The notes under the pieces were generated by a model that worked only from the letters and a program-made list of their open reading frames with translations, was not told the origin of the DNA and made no database searches. The position numbers were made by a program, and so were the translations under genes. 32,000 nucleotides of DNA. Origin: Escherichia coli. GTDB lineage: Bacteria > Pseudomonadota > Gammaproteobacteria > Enterobacterales > Enterobacteriaceae. The stretch lies in NCBI RefSeq assembly GCF_048320145.1, contig NZ_CP182912.1; one strand, given 5' to 3'. Shown here piece after piece: positions 19,256-29,872 of this stretch (positions are counted from its first letter, which is position 1; each line of letters begins with the position of its first letter).

Positions 19256-20185
19256 TTACTCTCCTTCACCCGGAAACAGGAACGGGTTGATGGAACTGCG
19301 GGCATAGCCTTCTTGCTCCATTCGTGCGTCCAGTACCAGAGAGGCGAGGTCATCTGCTACGGCTTCGATTTTTGGATCTTTTTCCTGATAGAGAATTTTC
19401 AGGTAAGTGCCGCAGTCATCGCAGCTTTCGGCTTTAATCGCGGCCTGTTCGTCATCCAGCGACCAGTAATGCAGTTTGCCGCTCTGCTCGCAGTTGCTGC
19501 ATTTTACGCGCACTACGTGCCATTCAGTTTCACACAGGTTGCAGTGCAGGTAACGTAGCCCCTGAGTGGTGCCAATTTGCACCATGCTGGACACCGGCAT
19601 AGAACCACAAACCGGGCAATATTGACGTTGCTCGCCGTATTCAGCGCGGGCTTTGCCGGGGATCAGATTGGCCATCTGCGCCCAGTAGAGCGACAGTGCA
19701 GCCCAGATAAACGGCGCTTTATCGCTGCTGACGGACGAGAAATCAGAGGCAAACAGCGCGCTGGCCATATCTTCCAGCTCCTGAGTCGATGCCTTCTCCA
19801 GATTCTCAATCACTGCCAGCGCCGGGCCGCTCATTTCAGGTTTCAGCTCAGCAATCAGCGCCATCAGCAGCTTTTGCCAGTGCTTATCACGCGGCAGAAC
19901 GTGAATATCCAGCGGGGGCTTGCCTTGTGCGCTGGCTTCTTTAATGCGCGCAGTCAGATCCATCTCCAGCGGATGGTCGTACAGCACCACTTCCTGGGCG
20001 TGGGCGATAAGCGCAGCAAAGCGCAGGTAATCACCCAGAGGATTATTTTCTGCCAGCTCGCGCAGACGCTCGGCGCGGCGGTTGTATAAATTCTTGAGCC
20101 GAGGGAACAATAACGGCGGAATCATATCCGCCGTACGTTTCTCGCTTGAACCCAGCTCATCTTGCGGGATTATGCGAATACTCAT
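19256..20185 (-). CDS. fdhE: Formate dehydrogenase accessory protein FdhE
   Basis: 309-aa ORF with paired zinc-ribbon cysteines YCPVCG, CNLCE, CSNCE, CDDCG. Confidence 0.95.
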   Translation of the reverse strand: MSIRIIPQDELGSSEKRTADMIPPLLFPRLKNLYNRRAERLRELAENNPLGDYLRFAALIAHAQEVVLYDHPLEMDLTARIKEASAQGKPPLDIHVLPRDKHWQKLLMALIAELKPEMSGPALAVIENLEKASTQELEDMASALFASDFSSVSSDKAPFIWAALSLYWAQMANLIPGKARAEYGEQRQYCPVCGSMPVSSMVQIGTTQGLRYLHCNLCETEWHVVRVKCSNCEQSGKLHYWSLDDEQAAIKAESCDDCGTYLKILYQEKDPKIEAVADDLASLVLDARMEQEGYARSSINPFLFPGEGE

Positions 20186-20817
20186 TCAGCTTTCTTTTCC
20201 GTTGTCTTGCGGACCTCACGGTACCAGCGCGGGTGATGTTTCTTCGCCCAGGCGCTGGTAACCCATCCTTCCACCATGGCGGTAATCGTGCCTTTCACCC
20301 AAAGGGCGGCGTAGATATGCACCATGATAACCACAATTAACGCCACTGCGGCAAATGAATGCAGCATTAACGCGAATCGGATCACCGGGATTGAGAAAGC
20401 AGGCGCAAAATAAGGACGCCAGATAATCACGCCGCTCACCAGCAGCAGAACCAGGAAAATAATCGCCGCCCAGAAAACGCATTTCTGACCGAAGTTATAA
20501 CGCCCGGTGTCACCTACTTCCTCGTTGACGACGATCTTACGAATATTCTTCGCCCAAAAGATATCATCCCGATTGATTAGGTTGTGATGCCAGTAACGGA
20601 AAAACATGATGATGAACGAGGCAAACATAACCACGCCGACAAACGGGTGCAGAATTCGCGCCAGCTGCGGTGTGCCCATGATTTGCATCAACCAGTTGAA
20701 GGACGGGAACAAAAAGCCCAGCCCGCTCACCGCCGCCAGGATGAAGCAGAAGGCGGTGATCCAGTGGTTGATACGTTCCGGCGCGGTGTAGCGCACGATG
20801 GTGTCACGTCGTTTCAT
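20182..20817 (-). CDS. fdoI: Formate dehydrogenase-O cytochrome b556 gamma subunit FdoI
   Basis: 211-aa membrane protein with [11 protein letters not shown] and RILHPFVG haem-histidine helices; 4-nt overlaps with both neighbours. Confidence 0.93.
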   Translation of the reverse strand: MKRRDTIVRYTAPERINHWITAFCFILAAVSGLGFLFPSFNWLMQIMGTPQLARILHPFVGVVMFASFIIMFFRYWHHNLINRDDIFWAKNIRKIVVNEEVGDTGRYNFGQKCVFWAAIIFLVLLLVSGVIIWRPYFAPAFSIPVIRFALMLHSFAAVALIVVIMVHIYAALWVKGTITAMVEGWVTSAWAKKHHPRWYREVRKTTEKKAE

Positions 20818-21716
20818 TTGCGCTCCTCGTCTTTCTCTTCGTGCAGATTATTCTCTTCCTCATCCGCACGGTTCGGACCGACACCCACGTAGTGGAAGAT
20901 ACTGGCCGCAAAGGTAGCCGCAAAGCCAACAGCCGCGAGCGGTTTCCAGATGCCTTTCCAGAATTTCACGGTTTCGCTGATTTCCGGGTTCTCCGGCAAG
21001 CCATGATACAGATTTGGCTTGTCAGCATGGTGCAGCACGTACATGACGTGTGTACCACCGACGCCTGCCGGATCGTACAGACCCGCATTGTCGTAACCGC
21101 GGGTTTTCAGCTCAGCAACGCGCTCGCTCGCCAGCGTTTTCATCGACTCTTTCGTACCGAAGTGAATCGCGCCCGTTGGGCAGGTCTTCACGCAGGCTGG
21201 TTCTTGCCCAACCACCACGCGGTCAACGCACAGCGTACATTTGTAGACGCGGTTGTCTTCCGGGTTGAGGCGCGGAATGTCGAACGGACAGCCCGCAATG
21301 CAATAACCGCAGCCAATGCACTGCTCGGACTGGAAGTCGACGATACCGTTGGCATACTGAATAATTGCACCTTCCGCCGGGCACGCTTTCAGGCAGCCTG
21401 GATCGGAACAGTGCATACAGCCGTCTTTGCGGATCAGCCATTCCAGTTTGTCGTTCTGCTCCACTTCCGAGAAGCGCATTACCGTCCACGATTTGGCGCT
21501 TAAATCATTGGGGTTGTCGTACACCCCAACGTTATTGCCGACGGTATCGCGAATGTCGTTCCACTCTGAACACGCCACCTGACAGGCTTTACAGCCGATA
21601 CAGGTGGTGACGTCGATGAGTTTCGCCACTTCTTCCTGGAAGTCCCGCGCTTGAGGCGCGGGGGTCAGACCGTTAGTCGCGGAACGACGAATGATATCTT
21701 GAGATTGATAAGCCAT
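20814..21716 (-). CDS. fdoH: Formate dehydrogenase-O iron-sulfur beta subunit FdoH
   Basis: Multiple 4Fe-4S clusters ([42 protein letters not shown]) and a C-terminal transmembrane helix. Confidence 0.95.
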   Translation of the reverse strand: MAYQSQDIIRRSATNGLTPAPQARDFQEEVAKLIDVTTCIGCKACQVACSEWNDIRDTVGNNVGVYDNPNDLSAKSWTVMRFSEVEQNDKLEWLIRKDGCMHCSDPGCLKACPAEGAIIQYANGIVDFQSEQCIGCGYCIAGCPFDIPRLNPEDNRVYKCTLCVDRVVVGQEPACVKTCPTGAIHFGTKESMKTLASERVAELKTRGYDNAGLYDPAGVGGTHVMYVLHHADKPNLYHGLPENPEISETVKFWKGIWKPLAAVGFAATFAASIFHYVGVGPNRADEEENNLHEEKDEERK

Positions 21717-21728
21717 ATGTCGTCTCCG

Positions 21729-24700
21729 TTACACCTTTTCCACATTCACAAGGAAGGACTTAAACTCCGGCGTCTGCGTGTTCGCATCACCAACGAATGG
21801 CGTTAACGTATTGGCAATAAAGCCTTTTTTAGCTACGCCTTCATAGCCCCAGTGAATCGGAATACCGATGGTATCGATATCTTTGCCGTTCGCTTTCAGC
21901 GTGCGAATACGTTTGGTCACCACCGCTTTGGCTTTGATATAGCCACGGTTGGAGGAGACTTTCACGGTATCGCCCTGGGCAATGCCAAGTTTATTCGCCA
22001 GCGACTCACCGATTTCCACAAACTGCTCTGGCTGCAAAATCGCGTTCAACAGCGCGTGTTTGGTCCAGTAGTGGAAGTGCTCGGTCAGACGATAGGTGGT
22101 TCCGACATACGGGAACTTATCGGCTTTACCCAATGCTTCGGCGTCGTCTTTAAAGATACGTGCAGCCGGGTTCGAGATAACGTTTGGATGCAGCGGGTTA
22201 GTTCCCAGCGGCGTTTCAAACGGCTCGTAGTGTTCCGGGAACGGACCTTCCGCCATCTTATCGAGGGCAAACAGACGCCCCATGCCTTCCTGCTGCATGA
22301 TAAACGGCCCGACGCCGCTACCCGGAGGCGCTGCGCTGTAGTCCGGAATATCCCAGCCGGTCCACTTAGTGCCGTCCCATTTCAGCAACTGACGCTTCGG
22401 ATCCCACGGGTTACCCTGCGGATCTGCGGAGGCGCGGTTATACAGAATGCGGCGGTTAAGCGGCCATGCCCATGCCCAGCCCAGCGTGTTACCGAGGCCA
22501 GACGGATCGGCGTTATCACGACGCGCCATCTGGTTGCCTTCCGGCGTCCAGCTACCGGCGAAAATCCAGCAGCCACAGGAGGTTGTACCGTCATCGCGCA
22601 ATTGGGCGAACGAGCTAAGTTGTTGGCCTTTCTTGACGATAACCGCACCGGTTGCCGGATCGGTAATATCGGCCAGCGCCTTACCGTTGCTCTCCATCGC
22701 TACTTCTTCCGACTTCGGCTCATGCGGAATGGCGTAGTTCCAGGTCATGTTCAGCACCTGATCCGGGTTCGCGCCACCCTGTTCGGCATACATCTTGCGC
22801 AAGCGCAGGAAGATACCGGAGAGGATCTCACCGTCAGTCAGCGCAATCCCCGGGGCGTCCGCACCTTTCCAGTGCCACTGCAACCAGCGACCTGAGTTAA
22901 CGATTGAACCGTTCTCTTCTGCGAAGCAGGTCGATGGCAGACGGAACACTTCGGTCTGGATCTTCGACGAGTCAACTTCGTTCAGCTCACCGTGGTTCTG
23001 CCAGAAGTTAGAGGTTTCAGTGTTCAGTGGGTCGATGGTGACGAGGAACTTCAGTTTCGACAGACAACCGATCACTTTGTTTTTGTTCGGGAATGAGGCA
23101 ACAGGGTTAAAGCCCTGGCAGATATAGCCATTGACCTTGCCCTCTTTCATCATCTCGAAGTATTGCAGGACGTCGTAGCCTTTATCCCACTTCGGCAACC
23201 AGTCAAAGCCCCAGCTATTTTCCGCCGTCGCTTTATCACCAAAGAAGGCCTTCATCATAGAGACGAAGAATTTCGGGTAGTTGCCCCAGTAGTTTACCTG
23301 GCCTTCCAGCAGCGGTTTTGGCGTGTTGGCGGTAAGGTAGGTTTGCAGATCGGTCTGCTTCTCGCTTGGCAGCGTCATGTAACCTGGCAGACTCTGCGAC
23401 AGCAGCCCCAGGTCCGTCAGCCCCTGAATATTGGAGTGACCGCGCAGGGCGTTAACGCCGCCGCCGGCCATCCCCATATTGCCGAGCAGCAGCTGGATCA
23501 TCGCCATCGTACGAATGTTTTGCGCACCAACGGAGTGTTGCGTCCAGCCGAGGGCATACAGGAACGAGGCAGTTTTATCGTGAGCACTGGTTTCTGCGAT
23601 GTATTCGCAGACTTTCAGGAACGCGTCTTTTGGCGTACCACAGATGTTTTCAACCACATCTGGCGTGTAGCGGGAAACGTGCTGTTTCAGCAAGTTCCAC
23701 ACGCAGCGCGGATGTTGCAGCGTGGTATCGCGTTTGGCGAAGCCGTTTTCGTCCAGTTCATAAGTCCAGGAGGATTTATCGTACTTGCGTTTTTCCGCGT
23801 CGTAGCCGGTGAACAGGCCATCTTCAAAGCCGTAATCCTCACGCACTATCAGGCTTGCGTTGGTATAGGCTTCGGTGTATTCGCGGTTGAATTTTTCATT
23901 GTTCAGCAGGTACAGCAATACGCCTGACAGGAAAGCAATGTCAGTACCGGAACGAATAGGGGCATAGTAGTCAGCTACCGCCGCCGTACGCGTAAAGCGA
24001 GGATCGATCACAATCAGCTTCGCGCCGTTGTGAATTTTGGCTTCCATCGCCCAGCGGAACCCGACCGGGTGAGCTTCAGCGGCGTTACCGCCCATCACCA
24101 CGACGAGGTTGGCGTTCTTGATGTCGACCCAGTGGTTGGTCATCGCACCGCGACCAAATGTTGGAGCAAGACTTGCTACCGTTGGTCCGTGTCAGACACG
24201 CGCCTGGTTGTCGACCGCGAGCATACCCAGCGCGCGGGAGAATTTTTGCGTTAAATAGCCGGTTTCGTTACTCGACGCGGAAGCACACAGCATCCCGGTG
24301 GAGAGCCAGCGGTTAACAGTCACGCCTTCGGCGTTTTGCGCAATGTAGTTAGCATCGCGGTCTTCTTTCATCAGTTTGGCGATGCGATCAAACGCCTCTT
24401 CCCAACTGATTTGCTGCCATTTATCAGAACCTGGCGCACGGTATTCCGGAAACTTCAGACGGCTTTCGGAGTGGATGAAATCCACCAGGCCAGCGCCTTT
24501 CGGACAAAGTGCACCGCGGTTGACCGGGTGATCCGGATCGCCTTCGATATGGAAGATAGATGCTTTGGCGTTTTTTGCTCCGTCACCGAGGCTGTACATC
24601 AACAGCCCACAGCCTACGGAACAATAGGTGCAGGTATTACGGGTTTCGCGGGTGCGCAGCAGTTTATACTGCCGGGTTTCCGCGAGCGCTACGCTGGGTG

Positions 24701-24779
24701 CAAAACCCAGTGCCGCTGCCGTGGTGCCTGCCATACCGCCAGCGCAGATCTTAAAGAACTGCCTTCTGCTGACCTGCAT
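21729..24779 (-). CDS. fdoG: Formate dehydrogenase-O alpha subunit, selenoprotein, Tat-exported, 1016 aa by UGA readthrough
   Basis: Frame-continuous ORF pieces 24192-24779 and the segment ending at 21729 joined by one in-frame TGA (24194-24192): ...VDNQARV-U-HGPTVASLAPTFGRGAMTNHW...; twin-arginine SRRQFFK and CTYCSVGC motifs. Confidence 0.95.
24150..24194 (-). promoter_or_regulatory. Bacterial SECIS element of fdoG
   Basis: Just after the UGA, minus-strand AGCAAGTCTTGCT (24177-24165) forms a 5-bp stem with a GUC apical loop, as expected for SelB-dependent insertion. Confidence 0.75.
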
Positions 24780-24972
24780 GGATTGCTCCTTGTTTCGACA
24801 TTGTCACGTCCCATTTACATTCGCTTGCTGCGTGTGCAGGGAGTGGGAGTTATTTTTCTTTGCGGAAGGGGCCGCAAAGGTCCAGAATTGGCTCAATTTC
24901 CCTCCATCCAGGAAGGGTTTGTAACAGAATACCATAATGTTGGTGTGTGTGTTCTTATCCGGTTAAGAGAAA

Positions 24973-25806
24973 GTGAAAAAAACACAGCGAAAAGAAATCG
25001 AAAATGTGACAAATATCACAGGTGTTCGTCAAATTGAGTTATGGCGGCGTGATGATTTACAACACCCACGGTTAGATGAGGTCGCGGAAGAAGTTCCCGT
25101 TGCGCTGGTCTACAACGGCATTTCGCATGTGGTGATGATGGCGTCGCCCAAAGACCTTGAGTACTTTGCGCTCGGTTTTTCGCTTTCCGAGGGGATAATA
25201 GAAAGTCCGCGCGATATCTTCGGCATGGATGTCGTTCCTTCCTGTAATGGTCTTGAAGTACAAATTGAGCTTTCCAGCCGCCGCTTTATGGGGTTGAAGG
25301 AGCGCCGCCGGGCGCTGGCGGGACGTACGGGCTGTGGCGTATGCGGCGTGGAGCAACTTAATGACATCGGAAAACCGGTGCAGCCGCTACCGTTCACCCA
25401 GACGTTTGATCTCAACAAACTGGATGATGCATTACGTCATCTCAACGATTTTCAGCCAGTGGGGCAACTGACTGGTTGTACTCACGCCGCTGCCTGGATG
25501 TTGCCATCTGGCGAACTGGTCGGCGGGCATGAAGACGTGGGTCGCCATGTGGCGCTGGACAAACTGTTAGGCCGCCGGTCACAAGAAGGGGAAAGCTGGC
25601 AGCAAGGTGCGGTACTGGTTTCCAGTCGTGCCAGTTATGAAATGGTGCAAAAGTCGGCGATGTGCGGCGTAGAGATTTTGTTTGCGGTGTCTGCCGCGAC
25701 CACGCTTGCTGTAGAAGTGGCTGAGCGTTGTAATCTGACGCTGGTGGGTTTTTGTAAGCCGGGTCGGGCAACGGTTTATACCCATCCGCAGCGTTTGAGC
25801 AATTAA
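24973..25806 (+). CDS. fdhD: Formate dehydrogenase sulfurtransferase FdhD
   Basis: 277-aa ORF containing the TGCGVCG CxxC motif; divergent from fdoG. Confidence 0.95.
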
Positions 25807-25810
25807 TTAA

Positions 25811-25849
25811 AATAAGTCCTGCGATATATATTAAATTGCAGGACTTATT
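25811..25849. terminator. Terminator-like hairpin after fdhD
   Basis: AATAAGTCCTGC (25811-25822) and GCAGGACTTATT (25838-25849), perfect 12-bp stem within 10 nt of the fdhD stop. Confidence 0.7.
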
Positions 25850-25958
25850 CATTTCGTGAATTTTATTATTTTATTTATAAATAAAACGCGTGTAGTGGCG
25901 TTTTCTTTTTTCATTTATTATGTTCACTCTCTTATCTATATATTTATAAGGCAATTAA

Positions 25959-26999
25959 ATGAAAAGGAATTTATTATCTTCCGCTATTATAGTCGCCATC
26001 ATGGCCCTCGGTCTGACGGGTTGTGATGATAAAAAAGCCGAAACAGAAACGCCCCCGCCTGCCAATAGTCAACCTGCCGCACCAGCTCCTGAAGCTCCCG
26101 TTGCAAAAGCAGAAGCTAAACCTGAAACACCTGCGCAACCGGTGGTCGATGAACAAGCGGTTTTCGACGAAAAAATGGATGTCTATATCAAGTGCTATAA
26201 CAAGTTACAGATCCCTGTACAGAGCAGTCTGGCGCGTTATGCTGACTGGCTGAAAGATTTTAAACAGGGGCCTACCGGTGAAGAGCGTACTGTTTATGGC
26301 ATCTACGGCATTAGTGAATCCAACCTCGCTGAGTGTGAAAAAGGCGTAAAAAGTGCTGTGGCGTTAACGCCTGCGCTGCAACCTATTGATGGCGTGGCGG
26401 TGAGTTATATCGATGCTGCCGTGGCGTTGGGTAATACCATTAACGAAATGGATAAATATTACACCCAGGAAAATTATAAAGACGATGCGTTTGCGAAAGG
26501 GAAAACGCTGCACCAGACATTCTTAAAAAATCTGGAAGCCTTTGAAGCTGTAGCAGAATCTTATCATGCGGCGATTCAGGAAATTAACGATAAGCGCCAG
26601 CTTGCGGAACTGAAAAATATTGAAGAAAGAGAAGGGAAAACATTCCACTATTACTCTCTGGCAGTCATGATTTCAGCGAAACAAATTAATAACCTGATAT
26701 CGCAAGATAAGTTTGATGCAGAAGCGGCAATGAAGAAAGTGTCTGAACTGGAAACGCTGGTGGCGCAGGCCAAAGAAGCGGATAAAGGCGGCATGAATTT
26801 CTCGTTTATTAATTCGGCAGGCCAGTATCAACTCGAGGCTAAAAAATACGTTCGCCGCGTCAGAGATAAAGTCCCGTACTCTGACTGGGATAAAGAGCAA
26901 CTGCAGTACGCAAACTCAAGCTGGATGGTCGACGACTCTTTCCCGAGAGCATTACGCGAGTACAACGAAATGGTTGATGACTATAATAGCCTGCGTTAA
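25959..26999 (+). CDS. yiiG: Putative lipoprotein YiiG (DUF3829-like)
   Basis: Lipobox MALGLTGCD after an N-terminal hydrophobic segment, then a Pro/Ala/Glu/Lys-rich linker. Confidence 0.87.
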   Translation: MKRNLLSSAIIVAIMALGLTGCDDKKAETETPPPANSQPAAPAPEAPVAKAEAKPETPAQPVVDEQAVFDEKMDVYIKCYNKLQIPVQSSLARYADWLKDFKQGPTGEERTVYGIYGISESNLAECEKGVKSAVALTPALQPIDGVAVSYIDAAVALGNTINEMDKYYTQENYKDDAFAKGKTLHQTFLKNLEAFEAVAESYHAAIQEINDKRQLAELKNIEEREGKTFHYYSLAVMISAKQINNLISQDKFDAEAAMKKVSELETLVAQAKEADKGGMNFSFINSAGQYQLEAKKYVRRVRDKVPYSDWDKEQLQYANSSWMVDDSFPRALREYNEMVDDYNSLR

Positions 27000-27020
27000 A
27001 CGTTTTTGATGATAAATGCA

Positions 27021-27045
27021 GTGTCGGATGCGGCGCATCCGACAC
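27021..27045. repeat. Single REP-like palindrome between yiiG and frvR
   Basis: gtgtcggatgc-ggc-gcatccgacac, perfect 11-bp arms. Confidence 0.85.
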
Positions 27046-27089
27046 AGTTCACCCCTTGTGAAGTAACTCCATAAATGCCTCATATCCTG

Positions 27090-28796
27090 TTAACCCGGCA
27101 ATAACCTCTGCCGGATGCTGACACAATACGCTTGCCAGATAGCTAAATACTTTAGCTCATGACGCGCATCGGCGGCGGCGCAGGCAATCAACACATGGTT
27201 AATGATTTCGTTATTCACCTCGATCGGGTGGGCGAGGGTAATAAAAAATCCACGAAAACGTCGCTCCTGTTCGCTCCAGCAATGTGGGATGGCGAGGCGA
27301 TTAACAATCAGGTTTTCACCTTCGCCTTCGCGGGCGATGATGCGTTGTGCTTCATCGGCGGTAATATGGTGTTGTGCCACTAATTGCGCACAAATTTGCC
27401 GGGTAATATGTTGCCAGCTTTCACCGCGTACATTCGAATAATGAAAACTTCCGGGGGCAGAGAAAAAACGCTCCGGTTGCTGGCGAATAAATGCCGTCGC
27501 CAGAAAATGTTTTATTTGTTCGATACCGGCAGCCGTAATGATATTTTTTACGGTGATGTAATTATTTACCGCGTCTTCCAGTAAATAATGGCTATTGTTA
27601 ATGATCAATAACGGCTCAATCTCTTCGCGAATGGCAACAAGTTCGCTTAAGCTACGGGCAATAATTACCCGACAATTTAAAACATCGCGCTCAATGGCGA
27701 GCTGATTAATAGTGGCAATCGCGTTCTGGTCCGAGAGCAAAATGATCGGCTGGCGTTCGTTTTGATGCCGCTCCAGCGCACAGGCAAAATACAAACCGAT
27801 CAGATCGCTGTCGAAAAGGGGAATATCGAGCTGTTCACGCAGTAGCGTAATAAAGTGCAGACTCATATCAAAGGCCGCAGGCCAGGCGGCTTTCAGGTTA
27901 TTCATGCTGCTTTGGCGGTGCTCAGCAATCCACACTGGTGCGGCGAGGCAACGTAATAAATGCCCGGTAATGTTCTCAACCAGCTGCGTATCAATAATAT
28001 TCAATGACGCGATGCCCGGCACCCTTTGCAGCAACCCCAGCACATGATCGGCTGAAATTACCTGCGCTTGCTGATGCTGTTTCTCTATCAAACCCGTCAG
28101 GGTTCTTACAGCGTTATAACCAAGAAACAGACCGCTATGTTCAACGATTTGTTTTATCTCGTCACCGGGATATTGCGGCCACTCATCGGTCAGTTGATTA
28201 CGCAGGGCGTAAATCGCCAGAATCAGGCTGGAGAGATAATCACCCTGCATGAGCGGCCAGCGGTGTTGGTTGTCGCAGGCCGTGGATAAATGCTGAAGGT
28301 TGTCTCGTGTTATGCCCGCCAGCGGAATTAAAAACGGATCTTTGCGCAGCAAGTTCGCCAGCAAGATAACGCGTTTCTCTTCTGTCTCATCAATGAAATG
28401 GCCCAAACCAGGGCGGCTGGCCAGGCAACAAGTGCGTTCATAACGCTGTTTTAACCGGGGCAGACGCTCTGCTACCCACGTTTCTGGCAAATTAAGCGCC
28501 GAGGCGAGTTGCGCACGGGGAGTGAAAGTATTCAGTAATAACAGCGCCAGCAGCCGATCGTCGTTATCGTGCTTTTGCAGCAACTGAAAAAAGCTGCGGC
28601 GCTCGAAGATTTCCAGCTGATAGCCCGCACTGCCACTGGCGAAAATGCGGGCTTTGCCGTTAAGGGTGAAGTTGAGATAGTCAATATCACGCAGGATGGT
28701 CCTGCCTGAAACGCCAGTCTGTTGCGCCAGCTCGCCAGGCGTGCGCGGCTGTTGCTCCAGCAGATCGACAATCTTTAACTGGCGTTCGTTTAGCAT
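27090..28796 (-). CDS. frvR: FrvR, predicted BglG/Mga-type transcriptional regulator with a C-terminal EIIA-like domain
   Basis: N-terminal HTH LAQQTGVSGRTILRDIDYLN; C-terminal VNRLAIPHCWSEQ histidine motif; end of the frv operon. Confidence 0.85.
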   Translation of the reverse strand: MLNERQLKIVDLLEQQPRTPGELAQQTGVSGRTILRDIDYLNFTLNGKARIFASGSAGYQLEIFERRSFFQLLQKHDNDDRLLALLLLNTFTPRAQLASALNLPETWVAERLPRLKQRYERTCCLASRPGLGHFIDETEEKRVILLANLLRKDPFLIPLAGITRDNLQHLSTACDNQHRWPLMQGDYLSSLILAIYALRNQLTDEWPQYPGDEIKQIVEHSGLFLGYNAVRTLTGLIEKQHQQAQVISADHVLGLLQRVPGIASLNIIDTQLVENITGHLLRCLAAPVWIAEHRQSSMNNLKAAWPAAFDMSLHFITLLREQLDIPLFDSDLIGLYFACALERHQNERQPIILLSDQNAIATINQLAIERDVLNCRVIIARSLSELVAIREEIEPLLIINNSHYLLEDAVNNYITVKNIITAAGIEQIKHFLATAFIRQQPERFFSAPGSFHYSNVRGESWQHITRQICAQLVAQHHITADEAQRIIAREGEGENLIVNRLAIPHCWSEQERRFRGFFITLAHPIEVNNEIINHVLIACAAADARHELKYLAIWQAYCVSIRQRLLPG

Positions 28797-29872
28797 TAAT
28801 CCACCTGACGGAACTGGCTAAACGCGTTGACTTTCTCCGCAGTTAAGGTCGTCAGAAAACCCCGTATCAGCGTGAGCAGAGCATCGTAATCGGCTTTTGA
28901 AATCATACCGCTGTTGGCGTGCAGATAACGAGTTGGCAGACACAGCGCGACAACCGGACGCCCGCCGCCCATCACGTTGTAGCGCCCGCCATCCGTCGCT
29001 CCGGTTTTCATGGTGGAAAATTGCAGCGGTAAATCATTCTGCGTGGCACAGTTTTTAAACGCTGCTACCAGTTTCTGGTTGGGGAAGTAGCGCTTGTCAA
29101 ACAGCATCAGCCCCGGCCCCTGGCCCAGTTTCAGCGGGTATTTAATGTTATCAATGCCCGGAACATCACCTGCGACAGCGGTATCCAGCACAATCACCAC
29201 ATCCGGTTTAATGTGTTCCGCCGAGGTTTGTGCCCCGCGTAGCCCAACTTCTTCTTCCACGCTGCCGACGCCATACAGCGTAATTTCGGGATTATTCACC
29301 GTCTGCAATAGTTCAGCCATCATTGCGCAGCCGATGCGGTTATCCAGCGCCTTGCCGACCACTTTATCTTCGCCCCAGCAGGCAAAATTGGCTTCCGGGC
29401 TAATAAAATCGCCCATCGCCACACCGCGTTTTTCCACCTCATCGCGACTGTTCGCGCCAATATCAATGAACATCTCATCAAATGACAGCGGCTGTTGCCT
29501 TTGCTTTTCCGTTAACGCATGAGGCGCGACGGAACCAATCACACCAGGGATTTTCACTCCCTTGTGTGTGCGTATGGTTACCCGGTGGTTGAGCATCGAC
29601 TGATTCCACCAGCCACCAATGGTGGTGAAACGCAGAAAACCGCTCTCGTCGATGTGGGTGACCATAAAGCCGACTTCATCCATATGCCCGACAACGGCAA
29701 CTTTTGGACCTTTATCCCCCTTACGGGCAACAAAGCTGCCCAGACCATCAAAGGTGATCTCATTAACGCAAGGTTCCAGCGTGTTTATCAGAATGTCGCG
29801 AACTTCCTGTTCATCGCCGCTGACGGCGCTGGCTTCGCACAACTGTTGCAGTAACTCAATGTTCATGGACAA
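28796..29872 (-). CDS. frvX: Predicted M42-family aminopeptidase/endoglucanase-like protein FrvX
   Basis: VAVVGHMDEVGFMV, ALDNRIGCAMM, VGSVEEEVGLRGA and ATDGGRY motifs; preferred start may be 29866 (MNIELLQQL). Confidence 0.9.
   Translation of the reverse strand: MSMNIELLQQLCEASAVSGDEQEVRDILINTLEPCVNEITFDGLGSFVARKGDKGPKVAVVGHMDEVGFMVTHIDESGFLRFTTIGGWWNQSMLNHRVTIRTHKGVKIPGVIGSVAPHALTEKQRQQPLSFDEMFIDIGANSRDEVEKRGVAMGDFISPEANFACWGEDKVVGKALDNRIGCAMMAELLQTVNNPEITLYGVGSVEEEVGLRGAQTSAEHIKPDVVIVLDTAVAGDVPGIDNIKYPLKLGQGPGLMLFDKRYFPNQKLVAAFKNCATQNDLPLQFSTMKTGATDGGRYNVMGGGRPVVALCLPTRYLHANSGMISKADYDALLTLIRGFLTTLTAEKVNAFSQFRQVD

Noticed and set aside
21852-22895. Long antisense ORF (347 aa) opposite fdoG
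   Set aside because: It lies entirely on the opposite strand of a clearly coding selenoprotein gene, the product is low-complexity and Arg/Ala/Val-rich with no recognisable fold motifs, and such shadow ORFs are common in genes with strong codon bias.
23163-23927. Antisense ORF (254 aa) opposite fdoG
   Set aside because: Shadow ORF; composition mirrors the sense strand codons.
24143-24194. Possible frameshift or nonsense pseudogene in fdoG
   Set aside because: The break is a single in-frame TGA at the known Sec position, with a SECIS-like stem-loop and no frame change, so selenocysteine decoding is the better explanation.
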